Shown in pieces: positions 27,168 to 37,421 of a stretch of DNA of 64,000 nucleotides. The position numbers and the translations under genes are program-made. The notes below the pieces were generated by a model that worked only from the letters and a program-made list of their open reading frames with translations, was not told where the DNA came from and ran no database searches. The DNA is from Candidatus Latescibacterota bacterium (GTDB lineage Bacteria; Latescibacterota; UBA2968; GCA-2709665): assembly GCA_965248435.1 (NCBI GenBank), contig OZ252100.1, positions 768,001 through 832,000 of the forward strand, given 5' to 3'. Numbering within the stretch: position 1 is the stretch's first letter; every line of letters begins with the position of its first letter.

Positions 27168-29210
27168 TTAGTTCATCTCGAACGTACGCACAAGAAACGC
27201 CCACCGGTCTGCCATCTCCTCGATAATCTTATCGGTGGGTTTACCTGCCCCGTGGCCAGCCTTGGTCTCGATGCGGATGAGGGATGGGGGCTCTCCGCCC
27301 TGGGCGTGTTGGAGGGCTGCTGCAAATTTGAAGGAGTGGGCAGGAAACACCCGATCGTCGTGATCGCCCGTCGTAATCAGCGTGGGTGGGTAGGCCGTGC
27401 CGGGCTCTAGATTGTGATAGGGTGAATAGGCCATCAGGGTCTTGAAGTCTTCGGGCTCATCCGGCGAGCCATAGTCGGACGTCCAGGCCCAGCCGATTGT
27501 GAATTTGTGAAAGCGTAGCATATCCATCACCCCGACCGCAGGCAGGCAGGCCCCGAATAGCTCCGGCCTCTGGGTCAGTGCCGCGCCCACCAGCAGTCCT
27601 CCGTTACTGCCGCCGCCGATCGCCAGCCTGGAAGTTTGTGTGTAGCTGTTTTCGATCAGCCACTCCGCGGCAGAGATAAAGTCGTCGAAGCAGTTCTGTT
27701 TGTTGAGCAGGCGACCGCCGTCGTGCCAGTCCTTGCCGTACTCGCCTCCGCCGCGCAGACTAGCCTGAGCGTAAATCCCGCCCATCTCCATCCATACCAG
27801 GTTGCTGATGGAGAACGCAGGGGTCATGGGGATGTTGAAACCCCCGTATCCGTAAAGGTAGGTTGGTGTATCGCCGTTTCGCTCTAGTCCTTTTTTGTAG
27901 CTGATAAACATGGGGATTCGCGTCCCGTCCTTGCTGGGATAGAAGACTTGCTCGGTCGTGTAGGCTTCGGGGTCGAAATCAACATCCGGTTTCCTGAATA
28001 CCTTGCTCAGCCCGGTTTCCAGATCGTAGTGAAAAATTGTTCCGGCTGAGGTAAAACCGGTAAACGCATAAAACGTCTCCCGTTCCTTTTGCTTCCCGTC
28101 GAACCCGAAGACCGAGCCGATCCCTGGAACCTCTACGTCTCGTACCAGGGCCCCAGCCTTGTCCAGGATCCGTATCCTACTGCGAGCATCTTGCAAGTAG
28201 TTGGCGACAAACAGATCATGGACCAAAGTCACGTGCTCCAAGGCATCGCCTGCTTCGGGGATTCTCTCCTTCCAGTTAGACTGGTCCGGTTGGGTCGTAT
28301 CGATGGAGATCACCCTGTATTTTGGCGCCTTGAGATCCGTCATAAAATAGAATTGCGGACCGTCGTTCCCCAGGAACCGGTATTCCGCATCAAAGTCCCT
28401 GAGCAGTTCTACGACCCCATCGCCATCCTGGAGGTTTTGGTAGAACACGCCGTTTTCCCGGTGGGTACCGGTCATCACGTGAATGATCAGGTAAGTTCCG
28501 TCCTCTGTAACGTTTCCTGCGAAGCCCCATTCCTTTTGATCCGGGCGTTCGTAGACGAGGACATCGCTCTCCTGGGCAGTGCGGAGCCGATGGTAGTAGA
28601 GCTTGTGATAGTAGTTGGCCCCTTTGAACTCCTGACCTTCCTCTGGAGCATCGAATCGGCTGTAATAGAAGCCCTGCCCGTCTGGCGTCCAGGATACCCC
28701 CGAAAACTTGACCCATTGCAAGTGATCGTCCAGGTCTTCACCGCTGTCCACTTCTCTAACTCGCCATTCCTGCCAGTCCGATCCCGAGTCCGACAGCCCG
28801 TAAGCAAGGTAGCGTCCATCCTCGCTGGACGAGTGTCCTGAAAGGGCCACAGTACCATCTTCTGATAGCACGTTTGGATCCAGCAACAGCTTGGGCTCGG
28901 CATCCAGTGACGGCATCCAGTAGAGCACGAACTGGTTTTGGAGCCCGTCCTTGCGGGTGAGAAAGTAGCGGCTTCCCCGTTTAGACGGAATGCCATACTT
29001 CTCGTAGTCCCAAAGGGCGGTGATCCGCTCCTGGATCTTCTTGCGTGCAGGGATTTGATTCAACAGCTCGAAGGTCACCCGATTCTGTTGCTCGATCCAG
29101 TTTCGCGTCTCTTCTGAATCCAGGTCTTCGAGCCACCGGTAAGGGTCCGGCACGTAGATTCCGTGCAGGTCCTCTCCTTCGTCTTTGCGGAGGGTATCAG
29201 GATAAATCAT
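27168..29210 (-). CDS. Prolyl oligopeptidase (S9A)
   Basis: DPYRWLE, YGYGGF, RGGGEYG, GGSNGG, DDRV, GHG. Confidence 0.95.
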   Translation of the reverse strand: MIYPDTLRKDEGEDLHGIYVPDPYRWLEDLDSEETRNWIEQQNRVTFELLNQIPARKKIQERITALWDYEKYGIPSKRGSRYFLTRKDGLQNQFVLYWMPSLDAEPKLLLDPNVLSEDGTVALSGHSSSEDGRYLAYGLSDSGSDWQEWRVREVDSGEDLDDHLQWVKFSGVSWTPDGQGFYYSRFDAPEEGQEFKGANYYHKLYYHRLRTAQESDVLVYERPDQKEWGFAGNVTEDGTYLIIHVMTGTHRENGVFYQNLQDGDGVVELLRDFDAEYRFLGNDGPQFYFMTDLKAPKYRVISIDTTQPDQSNWKERIPEAGDALEHVTLVHDLFVANYLQDARSRIRILDKAGALVRDVEVPGIGSVFGFDGKQKERETFYAFTGFTSAGTIFHYDLETGLSKVFRKPDVDFDPEAYTTEQVFYPSKDGTRIPMFISYKKGLERNGDTPTYLYGYGGFNIPMTPAFSISNLVWMEMGGIYAQASLRGGGEYGKDWHDGGRLLNKQNCFDDFISAAEWLIENSYTQTSRLAIGGGSNGGLLVGAALTQRPELFGACLPAVGVMDMLRFHKFTIGWAWTSDYGSPDEPEDFKTLMAYSPYHNLEPGTAYPPTLITTGDHDDRVFPAHSFKFAAALQHAQGGEPPSLIRIETKAGHGAGKPTDKIIEEMADRWAFLVRTFEMN

Positions 29211-29241
29211 GGGCCTGTTAGGTTGGTGATCCTTGGACAAA

Positions 29242-30030
29242 CTAGGCAGAATTCGCGTCGGGAACCTGCAGATCGGCAGTAACTGGCTCGAACTCACGCG
29301 AAACCACGTAGTCAGGACGGGGATCCTTTACGCCTTTGGGGATGTTTTCGACCGCGCTGTAGGCGAAAATCACCGTTTGGCGTGGCTCCGGTGAGAAGTT
29401 GTGGTTGGAGCCGTGCAGAATGTTGCAATCGAAGAAACAGACGTCACCCGCCTTGCCGACGACCGGATAGATGTCGCTTTCTTCGGCAACGTGCTCTCGC
29501 AGGGCCTCAGGCGTGATGCACCACTGCTTGTAGCTTGTCGTCACCTCGTCGCTGTAGTGGTCCAGTATACCCCACTTGTGCGATCCTTTGACGAGGAGAA
29601 GGCAGCCGTTGTGAATCGTGTTGTCACCAAACATCACCAGGACCGACACCAGGCGGTCATCGACGCCGTCGTATTGCCAGTAGCCGTAATCCTGATGCCA
29701 CATCCAGACCGTACCCTCGAAAGGGGCCTTGAAGTTCAGCTTACTGTGAAAGATGTAGGCATCCTGGCCGAAGATCTGTTTCACCGGCCCTCCGACCGCC
29801 TCCGACCTGCAGATGCTTCGCCAGGGCTCGACGCGACGATGCATACAGAATACCGTGCGCACCGGGCCGCTCTTTTCCCTCACGATGTGCACCTCCTCCG
29901 GGTTGTCCTTCTCGCCCATCAGATCGGCGGCGGAGGCCTGCAGGTCATCGATCTGCTGCCGGGACAGGAGCCCTGGCTGAAACAGAAATCCCTGCTCTTT
30001 ATAGGTCGCTAACTGTTTTTCAGTCCACAC
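29242..30030 (-). CDS. PhyH-family Fe(II)/2-oxoglutarate dioxygenase
   Basis: K.NFK, WHQDYGYW, NGCL..GSHK, HGS..N.S..R. Confidence 0.88.
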   Translation of the reverse strand: MWTEKQLATYKEQGFLFQPGLLSRQQIDDLQASAADLMGEKDNPEEVHIVREKSGPVRTVFCMHRRVEPWRSICRSEAVGGPVKQIFGQDAYIFHSKLNFKAPFEGTVWMWHQDYGYWQYDGVDDRLVSVLVMFGDNTIHNGCLLLVKGSHKWGILDHYSDEVTTSYKQWCITPEALREHVAEESDIYPVVGKAGDVCFFDCNILHGSNHNFSPEPRQTVIFAYSAVENIPKGVKDPRPDYVVSREFEPVTADLQVPDANSA

Positions 30031-30087
30031 GGATGGTCCTCCATTCTCAAGCCTCCCAATGCAAGTCTGATCAACTTGACCGGCTCC

Positions 30088-31407
30088 TCATCTCATCAGC
30101 ATCTGTGACGGCAGCCACAGCGACAGCTGCGGAAACACCATCGTCAGAATAAGCGCGGCCACGATGAGCAGCAGGAACGGCCAGACGGACTTGTAGATGT
30201 CACCCAGCGTAATCTCCGGGGGACTCACACTCTTCATGTAGAAACAGGCCGGCCCGAAGGGCGGCGACAGGTACGAGATCTGCATGTTCATGCAGAATAC
30301 GACACCGAACCACACGATGTCGAAACCGTGCGCTTTGATGATGGGAATAAACAGCGGCATGGTCAGCAGCACGATACCGATCCAGTCCAGGAACATGCCC
30401 AGAAAGATCAGAATCAGCTGCATCACCACGAGGATGCCCCAGCGCCCAAAGGGAAGGCCGGTTACGGTGTTCTGGACGAACTGGGCGCCGCCGGCAAGCG
30501 TGTAGACCCCGATGAGCGTCTGGGCCCCGAAGAACAGCCACACCAGCATGCAGGTCACCTTGAGCGTGTCGAAGAGAGACTGTTTCACGTTCTGGATCGA
30601 AAGGCTCCGGTGGAACGCGGACACGATCAGGGCCCCTACGCACCCGATTCCGGCCGCTTCCGTCGGTGTCGCCACGCCGGCGTAGATGGAACCCAGGACC
30701 GCTACCGCGAGGAAGAACGGCAGGACCAGACCCCGCAGCAGACGCAGTTTCTCGCTCAGTGCAATCCCTCTTTCCTCCGGCGGAGCAGCGGGCGCCAACT
30801 CCGGGTTCAGGTGCGACCTGATAACGATGTAGGCGACAAAGAGGGCGGCCAGCAATAAACCGGGCACGATCCCTGCGATGAACAGCGCTCCCACCGAGGC
30901 CCCCGATACCATGGCGTAGACGATGAACACGATGCTGGGCGGGATCAGCGAGGCCATGCCGCCTCCGGCACAGATGCTTCCGATGGCGATGCGCTTGTCG
31001 TAGTTTCTCGCGAGCATGGCCGGCAGCGCGACGAGACCGAACGTCACGATTTCGGCACCGATGATTCCCACCATCGCGGCCATAGCCGTGCAGGCGATGA
31101 CCGTCCCGACCGCGAGGCCGCCCCTCAGACCCCCCGACCAGACGTGGACTGCGCGGAAGAGCCACTCCGCCGCCCCGGACCGCTGGAGGATGGAAGCCAT
31201 GAGTACGAACAGAGGGACCGCCACGAGGGTGTAGTTCAGCATCATGTCGTAGACGCGGGCGACCAGCATCGGCATCACGGACGGACCGAACAGGATCAGG
31301 GCGAAAATCACAGAGGTGGCGCCCATCACCCACGCCAGCGGCAAGCCGGACAACAACAGGATGATGAATGTGGCGATGATCAGCAGCGTGATCAGTTCGA
31401 TGCTCAA
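30088..31407 (-). CDS. dctM: TRAP transporter large permease
   Basis: AVPLF.LM, IPPS, ATPTEAA, SPPFG. Confidence 0.92.
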   Translation of the reverse strand: MSIELITLLIIATFIILLLSGLPLAWVMGATSVIFALILFGPSVMPMLVARVYDMMLNYTLVAVPLFVLMASILQRSGAAEWLFRAVHVWSGGLRGGLAVGTVIACTAMAAMVGIIGAEIVTFGLVALPAMLARNYDKRIAIGSICAGGGMASLIPPSIVFIVYAMVSGASVGALFIAGIVPGLLLAALFVAYIVIRSHLNPELAPAAPPEERGIALSEKLRLLRGLVLPFFLAVAVLGSIYAGVATPTEAAGIGCVGALIVSAFHRSLSIQNVKQSLFDTLKVTCMLVWLFFGAQTLIGVYTLAGGAQFVQNTVTGLPFGRWGILVVMQLILIFLGMFLDWIGIVLLTMPLFIPIIKAHGFDIVWFGVVFCMNMQISYLSPPFGPACFYMKSVSPPEITLGDIYKSVWPFLLLIVAALILTMVFPQLSLWLPSQMLMR

Positions 31408-31886
31408 TGACGTTCGCCCCAGATCGCAAAACGGAGATCTTTTACAAGCTTCCCGACGCCCTGGAGAAGCAGGAGAAGGATGCCCACGGCCAGAGCGATC
31501 TTGAAGGGATAGACCGGCGGGTCCCACGGCGAGCCGGATGTCTCCCCCAGCGCAAGCGAATCCAACGCGTAATAAATGGAGGCCCACAACAGCATGCCCA
31601 GATAGAGGGCGAAGAACAGAAAGGTGCAGGCATCGGCGATCGCCCGGCCTCTAGCCGAGAGGCGGCCGTAGAGCAGTTCGATCTTCACGTGTCTTCCCTC
31701 GTGGGCGGTCCACGCGGCCCCCATGACATAGACGAGGGCGCAGCCAAACACCATCGATTCGCTGGCCCACAACGTCGGCGCGTGAAAGAGATACCGCATG
31801 ACGATCTCGGTGACCACCACGAAGACGACGAGCAGCGTCACGACGCTGAACAGTTTTCCGATCCAGGTGACGAGACGATCGATCAA
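31404..31886 (-). CDS. dctQ: TRAP transporter small permease
   Basis: Four TM segments, RYLF.APT.W..E, HVKIE. Confidence 0.9.
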   Translation of the reverse strand: MIDRLVTWIGKLFSVVTLLVVFVVVTEIVMRYLFHAPTLWASESMVFGCALVYVMGAAWTAHEGRHVKIELLYGRLSARGRAIADACTFLFFALYLGMLLWASIYYALDSLALGETSGSPWDPPVYPFKIALAVGILLLLLQGVGKLVKDLRFAIWGERH

Positions 31887-32932
31887 TCGCCGTTCCCCCC
31901 TTCATCCACGTTCAACCTTCCCAGTTCCTCGAGCCAGGCCTTCTGGGCGTCGATGACCTTCTTGCACATAGGGCTCTTCTCGGCCCATTCATCCCACACC
32001 TCTCGCGCGACGGCTCGAGCACGGGACAGCTCCTGCTCGCTCCAGATCACCGGCGTTACGCCTCTTGCCTTCATTTCGTCGATCGCCCTCAGGTCGTCGA
32101 TCGCAACCCTTTCCGTCGTCTCCCACGCCCACTCCCGGACAGCGGTCTGCAGGATCTTCTTGATGTCGTCCGGCAGCCTGTCCCACTCCTTCTGGTTCAC
32201 CGTGAAATCGCCGGCAGGCATCGCGTGAAAACCCGGAAGATTGAAGTATCCGGCCACCTGATCAAAACCCATTCGCTGATTCATGGAAGGCGTTCCCCAG
32301 TCTGCGCCGTCGATTACTCCCTTATCGAGCGCGGAATAGACCTCGCTTCCCGGAAGGATCACGACGGAAGCGCCGAGTTTGGACAGCAGCTTTGCCGCCA
32401 TGCCGTGGGGTGCGCGAAACTTCAGTCCCTTGAAGTCCTCGATCCTCCCTACGGGCTTCTTGGAAGGCATGGACTCCATCCCCCAGTAAGTCACACCGAC
32501 ACAATGGACACCGAACGGCTTGTATATCTCGTTGAGCAGATCGAGCCCGCCGCGGTAGTGATAGAAGGCGTCCACTTCCCAGGGATGACGCCAGGCGGCG
32601 ACCAGGTCACTGATCGGGGCGAAGGCCGGGTTCTTACCGGTCCAGTAACCAGGCCACTGGTGCATGGCCTGCAGGATATTGTGCCTCACCGCATCCAGGC
32701 ACTCGAACGTCGGCACGATCGCCCCGGCCGGATAGGGCGTGATCTTGAGCCGACCGTTCGTCAGCTCCTCGACGCCCTCGCAGAATTCGACGAAGGTTTC
32801 GTAGGGCAGCTCGGACGCGCTCCAAAGTGCCTGAGCCTTCCACGTGATGGTCTCTGCTGCCTGTGCGGGAAACGTGAGCGAACAGACAGCGACCAGTAGA
32901 GCAGAACCAATTGAAACATATTTTCGTTTCAT
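31883..32932 (-). CDS. dctP: TRAP transporter substrate-binding protein
   Basis: Signal peptide, TNGRL.I, DFKGLKFR, EVYSALDKGVIDG. Confidence 0.92.
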   Translation of the reverse strand: MKRKYVSIGSALLVAVCSLTFPAQAAETITWKAQALWSASELPYETFVEFCEGVEELTNGRLKITPYPAGAIVPTFECLDAVRHNILQAMHQWPGYWTGKNPAFAPISDLVAAWRHPWEVDAFYHYRGGLDLLNEIYKPFGVHCVGVTYWGMESMPSKKPVGRIEDFKGLKFRAPHGMAAKLLSKLGASVVILPGSEVYSALDKGVIDGADWGTPSMNQRMGFDQVAGYFNLPGFHAMPAGDFTVNQKEWDRLPDDIKKILQTAVREWAWETTERVAIDDLRAIDEMKARGVTPVIWSEQELSRARAVAREVWDEWAEKSPMCKKVIDAQKAWLEELGRLNVDEGGNGD

Positions 32933-33017
32933 GCTTTCAGTCCCTCATCTGAATGCGGGCGCGTGACTCCCGTTCTGTCTCTTTGGCGATTCTCGGTGCA
33001 AGGCGCCCTCTTCGCGC

Positions 33018-35051
33018 CTAATTCTCACGCATAAACATGTCGCACGCCTTCCGAATCGCCGCGGCCGGACCGATGAAATAGACCTGATCGTCCACTTCGA
33101 TCATCGTGCCGCCGCGCGGGACCACGAACTGGTTGTCTCGGATGATCGCCGCGATCACGCACTCCTTCGGTATTTCGAGATCACGGATGGGGCGTCCACT
33201 TACGTGGGACTTCTCGCGCACCATGACATCGAGAACGCTCGCGGCTCCGATACCGAACTCGAAGAGCTGTGCCAGGCCGGGCCTGTCGAGGAGACTCTCG
33301 ACCATGGCCGCCGTGGCCCAGGGCGCGCTGATCGCCTTGACGTCGCTCTGCTCGAGGAGCTGCGCGTACTCAGGGTCCTGGACGATGGCGATCACCTGTT
33401 CCAGCCCCAGCTTCCTCGCCTGGAGAGCGGCGATCACGTTTCGGCCGTCATCCTCGTATGCCGCGATCACGACGTCGATGTTTTCGAGGCCTACCTGTTC
33501 AAGGAGCTCCCTCTTCGTTCCGTCTCCCTGGAAGATCGGCGTATTGAAGCGTCGCTGGAGCTCATCGCACAGGGCCTCGTTTTCTTCGATGAAGGTGATC
33601 TGATGCTCCGCTGAACGGAACATGACGCGGACCTCATCTTTCGCCAACAGCCGGTTCGCGATGCTCTGTCCCTGCCGCTTTCCGCTTATGATTAACACGC
33701 GCATTTTCGTTCTCCTCAATCTCTCAATGAGTAGCCTGGTTTTCTCAACAATTACCCCCGGGATTTCCAGAACTTCGGCGCGATTCTCGGCTCTCGTCAT
33801 GTATATGGCGCTTCCGACCAGCGTGAGCACGCCCCCGAGAAAAAAGCTCCTCGCTTCCAGGGCCGGTACGAATACCCAGGTCGTTATGACACCCAGAATG
33901 GGCACCAAGGGAAAGAACCACGTCCGGAATGGACGTCTCAGATTGGGCATCTTCTTGTGTAGTGGGATCACTGCGTAGTTGATTATCCCCAGTCCCATCA
34001 GGTAGCCGAAGTCGCTCAACGATGCCACGAACTTCACGATCCCGGAGGAGCTGAAGATGACCACGATCGCCGCGCAGACGACGAGGGCGATGTCCGGCGT
34101 CTGATACTTGGGGTGCAGTCGGGCGAAGAATAGAGGGAAGTGTCGATCCCGCCCAAGCGCGAACAGGATGCGAGCGCTTGCGCCCAGGGTCACGCTGAAT
34201 GCGGAGAGGCTTGCCATGATGGTCGCGGTGATCGCGGCCCATCGTCCCCAGTCGCCAAAAAGATGGTCCGCAAAGAAGATGAATGGCACATCACTCTGGG
34301 CCAGGTCTTTGTAGTTGACGACACTCATCATCACCCCGACCACCAGAATGTAGATCGCCGTGCTGATCCCGAGGGTGATGAGTATCGATCGCGGAATATT
34401 CTTGTGTGGTTCGATGATCTCTTCGGACGCATTCGAGATGAGTTCGAATCCAACGTAGGAGATGTAGATCAGCGCCATGGCCGGAACGAATGGACCCCAT
34501 CCCATAGGAGCGAGGGGCTCCAGGTTCATCGGCTCGATATCGGCCATGCCGAGCACCGAAACGCCGATGAGAACCGCCAGTTCCACCAAGTTCATAACGG
34601 TGATGACGATGAGCGCTTCCCTCATTCCCAGGTAGTTGACCGCGGTGAACACGATTGTGGCGATAGAGGTGATGAGGGCAATGTTGGCGTCGGCCAGGAA
34701 GTAGGTGCGGATCGTCAGGGCGAAGATGAGGGCGTACATCGCACATGCCAGCGTGTTGCCGATCCAGAAGAACCAGCCGGAAAAGAAGGCCACTGGCCGG
34801 CTCATCGTTCTACTGGTAAAGGAATAACCGCCGCCCGCCAGCGGAATCGCCGCGCCGAGTTCGCTGTAGTTCAGCGCGGTGAACACGGTCATGATGCCCA
34901 TCGTCAGGTAAACGAGAATACCGAGCGGGCCGACCATGTGGGCCAGCTCCCCCGGCAGGGCGAAAATCCCCGGTCCCATCGTGGCGCCGATACCGATCAT
35001 CACCGCCATGAACAGACCGATGTTTCGTTTGAAGCTCACTTGCTCTAGCAA
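33018..35051 (-). CDS. APC amino acid permease fused to TrkA-N/TrkA-C (RCK) domains
   Basis: GIFALPG, AGGGY, YVGFE..EEI..P..N.PR; C-terminal GDGT, DD..N, VPRG.T....D. Confidence 0.88.
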   Translation of the reverse strand: MLEQVSFKRNIGLFMAVMIGIGATMGPGIFALPGELAHMVGPLGILVYLTMGIMTVFTALNYSELGAAIPLAGGGYSFTSRTMSRPVAFFSGWFFWIGNTLACAMYALIFALTIRTYFLADANIALITSIATIVFTAVNYLGMREALIVITVMNLVELAVLIGVSVLGMADIEPMNLEPLAPMGWGPFVPAMALIYISYVGFELISNASEEIIEPHKNIPRSILITLGISTAIYILVVGVMMSVVNYKDLAQSDVPFIFFADHLFGDWGRWAAITATIMASLSAFSVTLGASARILFALGRDRHFPLFFARLHPKYQTPDIALVVCAAIVVIFSSSGIVKFVASLSDFGYLMGLGIINYAVIPLHKKMPNLRRPFRTWFFPLVPILGVITTWVFVPALEARSFFLGGVLTLVGSAIYMTRAENRAEVLEIPGVIVEKTRLLIERLRRTKMRVLIISGKRQGQSIANRLLAKDEVRVMFRSAEHQITFIEENEALCDELQRRFNTPIFQGDGTKRELLEQVGLENIDVVIAAYEDDGRNVIAALQARKLGLEQVIAIVQDPEYAQLLEQSDVKAISAPWATAAMVESLLDRPGLAQLFEFGIGAASVLDVMVREKSHVSGRPIRDLEIPKECVIAAIIRDNQFVVPRGGTMIEVDDQVYFIGPAAAIRKACDMFMREN

Positions 35052-35069
35052 ATCAATTCGCTCCGTGAC

Positions 35070-36698
35070 TCACTTTTTCGACGCCATCTTAAGCAGGTTG
35101 GCACGCGCCTTCATTCGCCATTTTTCCGTCTTGGGGAAATCTTCAAAGCTTCGAATGGGGGCGAACAACCCGTCGGATCGATCCACACCTGCTGTTTGTA
35201 GCAAGGCGTAGTCCTGCAGACTCTCGCCAAAGATCTCCCATCGAATCGAGTCTATCGGTCCGTTTTCTCCTGGATACACAACAAACGGATCGCCAAAGGC
35301 CCAACCCGGCCACATAAGACCATCCTGCACGGAAAACGGATCGATCAGCTCGCGCGTCTGCGATTTGTACCAGTAGTTGAATCCCCAGTGCAGGAAGCCC
35401 CTGAATGGCCAGCGATAGAACAGAAATCCGTGCATCGCAATCTTTGGAAGCGGCGTATCCATCACACGATTCAAGTATTTCCCGAGCGGATCGCAGCAGT
35501 AATAACACCAGCTCGGAATACCTTCTTCGTGGAAATCCAGCGCCGTGCGAATGTTCGGAATGGGCAAATCCGTCATCCCCTGCCTCGCAAACTCGACATC
35601 TTTAAACGCATCCGTCACCTTCATCCAGGGGGCCAGGCCCCGCAACATCTCGCGCGCCTTCTTGTAGTTCTCCAGGTGTTCTTTTTTGTGTGGTTCATCC
35701 GAAACGTGGAAGAATGAGCGGTTCAGAATCTTTTCCGCTGACAAGAAACGATGCAGCTTCGGAAGATATTGCGAGAGGAATTCGCGATAGATCTTCGACG
35801 TCGCCAGTGTATTCGGACGCCAGAGGAGTTTCTCGTCCCTGCCCTGGCCGTCGTAGACTCGAATGGCTCGCTCAGCACCCCACTGGGTAACCAGGTGGCA
35901 CCATTCGAACTGTCGGATGCCCCGCTTTTTCGCAAGGTCGATGTAGCGTTTGACGTCGCGCCAATCGAATCGATACTGGCCTTTGTCCGCCTTCGAAACC
36001 CGAAGCAGCTGCGTCGGGCGTTTCACGCCGTCCAGCGGAGGCGTAAACACCGGCACGTAGAGTGTATCCAACCCGTGTGACGTATAGTTGGCCAGGTAGG
36101 CATCCAGGAGGCCCCAATACTGTTGATCGAACATATCGGTCCGGTACCAGTCGATCAGCGCATCAGAGTAGAACCAGTGTGTGATCGGGAAACCGGTGCG
36201 CCGCTTCAGCGTCACATCGTGCAGTTTGATCCGAACGGTATGGCGTCTTGCCGGTCCGTCCTCCGGTTCCACGACCACCTTGATTATGTATCTACCCGGA
36301 TCCTCTCCCCGCTTCGGAACGACTGTCACCCAGAATGCGTGCGTCTCCCGCGCGGGCAGCAGGAGTTCAGTTTCTTCGAGCAGAGGATCGGGCACATACC
36401 CGGGAATCTGTCCCACGCCATCGACATCCCGAGGATCGGTCTCTATCGGCGTGTTGTGGGTTCGCATCGGGACATACCCCACGCGGCGCACCCTCACCCT
36501 CCACCCCGGTGGGCCGTCGGCGGTAACACGCACCTTGCACGGAGGTTCATTGCCCTGACGCATTCCGACCTGAAAACTGAGCGACTCGTTGCGTGCACCT
36601 TCCAGCGCCAATGCGGTCGTGCGCTTTGGAGGCGTTTTCGGGAAATGCCTTACAAGTGATGTTGAAATCCAGGACTGAATCGCCATTTCGAACCTCAA
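35070..36698 (-). CDS. DUF4091 domain protein (GH123-like)
   Basis: SDEP, WCYYC, GFLHWGFNYW, GD...VYPG..GP..SIRWE..DY. Confidence 0.8.
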   Translation of the reverse strand: MRFEMAIQSWISTSLVRHFPKTPPKRTTALALEGARNESLSFQVGMRQGNEPPCKVRVTADGPPGWRVRVRRVGYVPMRTHNTPIETDPRDVDGVGQIPGYVPDPLLEETELLLPARETHAFWVTVVPKRGEDPGRYIIKVVVEPEDGPARRHTVRIKLHDVTLKRRTGFPITHWFYSDALIDWYRTDMFDQQYWGLLDAYLANYTSHGLDTLYVPVFTPPLDGVKRPTQLLRVSKADKGQYRFDWRDVKRYIDLAKKRGIRQFEWCHLVTQWGAERAIRVYDGQGRDEKLLWRPNTLATSKIYREFLSQYLPKLHRFLSAEKILNRSFFHVSDEPHKKEHLENYKKAREMLRGLAPWMKVTDAFKDVEFARQGMTDLPIPNIRTALDFHEEGIPSWCYYCCDPLGKYLNRVMDTPLPKIAMHGFLFYRWPFRGFLHWGFNYWYKSQTRELIDPFSVQDGLMWPGWAFGDPFVVYPGENGPIDSIRWEIFGESLQDYALLQTAGVDRSDGLFAPIRSFEDFPKTEKWRMKARANLLKMASKK

Positions 36699-36837
36699 CT
36701 GAGTTTAGATATCAAGCTGTTGATGTGAAGGTACGCGACCCATCACTAATCCCCTCTCATATCCGGTGATGCTCCTCATTATGCTCGGGAAATTCGCAGT
36801 TCCTTTTTTGGAGATCGCGTCCGAACCATCTTGGTCC

Positions 36838-37242
36838 CTATTCATCACACACGGACCTGTAGATCCTGCTGACAAGCAAGCCGAATATTCCGAACTGCAG
36901 AATCAAGTATGCGGTTTCCATCCCGATGAATAAGGCGACTTCGCCGGTCGCCTGCTTCGCGACAAACGCCAATACGTGAGAGGTCCAGAAGAAACCCCCG
37001 ATGATCACCGCAAACTTCAAGCCGCGAACCGCTCCTCCACCAGCCAGTTTAACCCTAGGATAGAGCGCAGAGAGCAGCGCGCCCTGGATGAGGATCGTCA
37101 GAAGGCCGACCAGGAACTTCGGTTCACCTGAAAAATAACCGAAACTGTCATAGAGGCCCCTGAACAAACCAACGTGCCAGACTACGGCGAGAGGAAACGT
37201 GACCCCGGCGTAGGCTATGGTCCCGATGAAGATCCTCATCAT
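36838..37242 (-). CDS. Small four-TM membrane protein
   Basis: Hydrophobic ORF containing AVVWH. Confidence 0.55.
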   Translation of the reverse strand: MMRIFIGTIAYAGVTFPLAVVWHVGLFRGLYDSFGYFSGEPKFLVGLLTILIQGALLSALYPRVKLAGGGAVRGLKFAVIIGGFFWTSHVLAFVAKQATGEVALFIGMETAYLILQFGIFGLLVSRIYRSVCDE

Positions 37243-37362
37243 AGAGATAGGCACCTCATGAAGTCGAACGTGATGCAGGTCAGTATCAAACAGCTGCTTA
37301 CTGCCGCCACCCGTTATTATACGCACGCCGTGTTTAGGCCCAAACGTCGCCTCGTACTAGCA

Positions 37363-37399
37363 GCAGAAAGGTCGCGAATCCAACTCGCGACCTTTCTGC
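37363..37399. repeat. Hairpin family AAGGTCGCGA-loop-TCGCGACCTT (terminator-like), one of six copies
   Basis: Other copies at ~39665, 41317, 52105, 52979 and 60744. Confidence 0.75.
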
Positions 37400-37421
37400 G
37401 GTTGTTGTGAATGCTCCTGCT

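Noticed and set aside
37262-37340. Possible attC upstream of the small membrane protein gene
   Set aside because: AAC/GTT-like ends are present but internal complementarity is poor.
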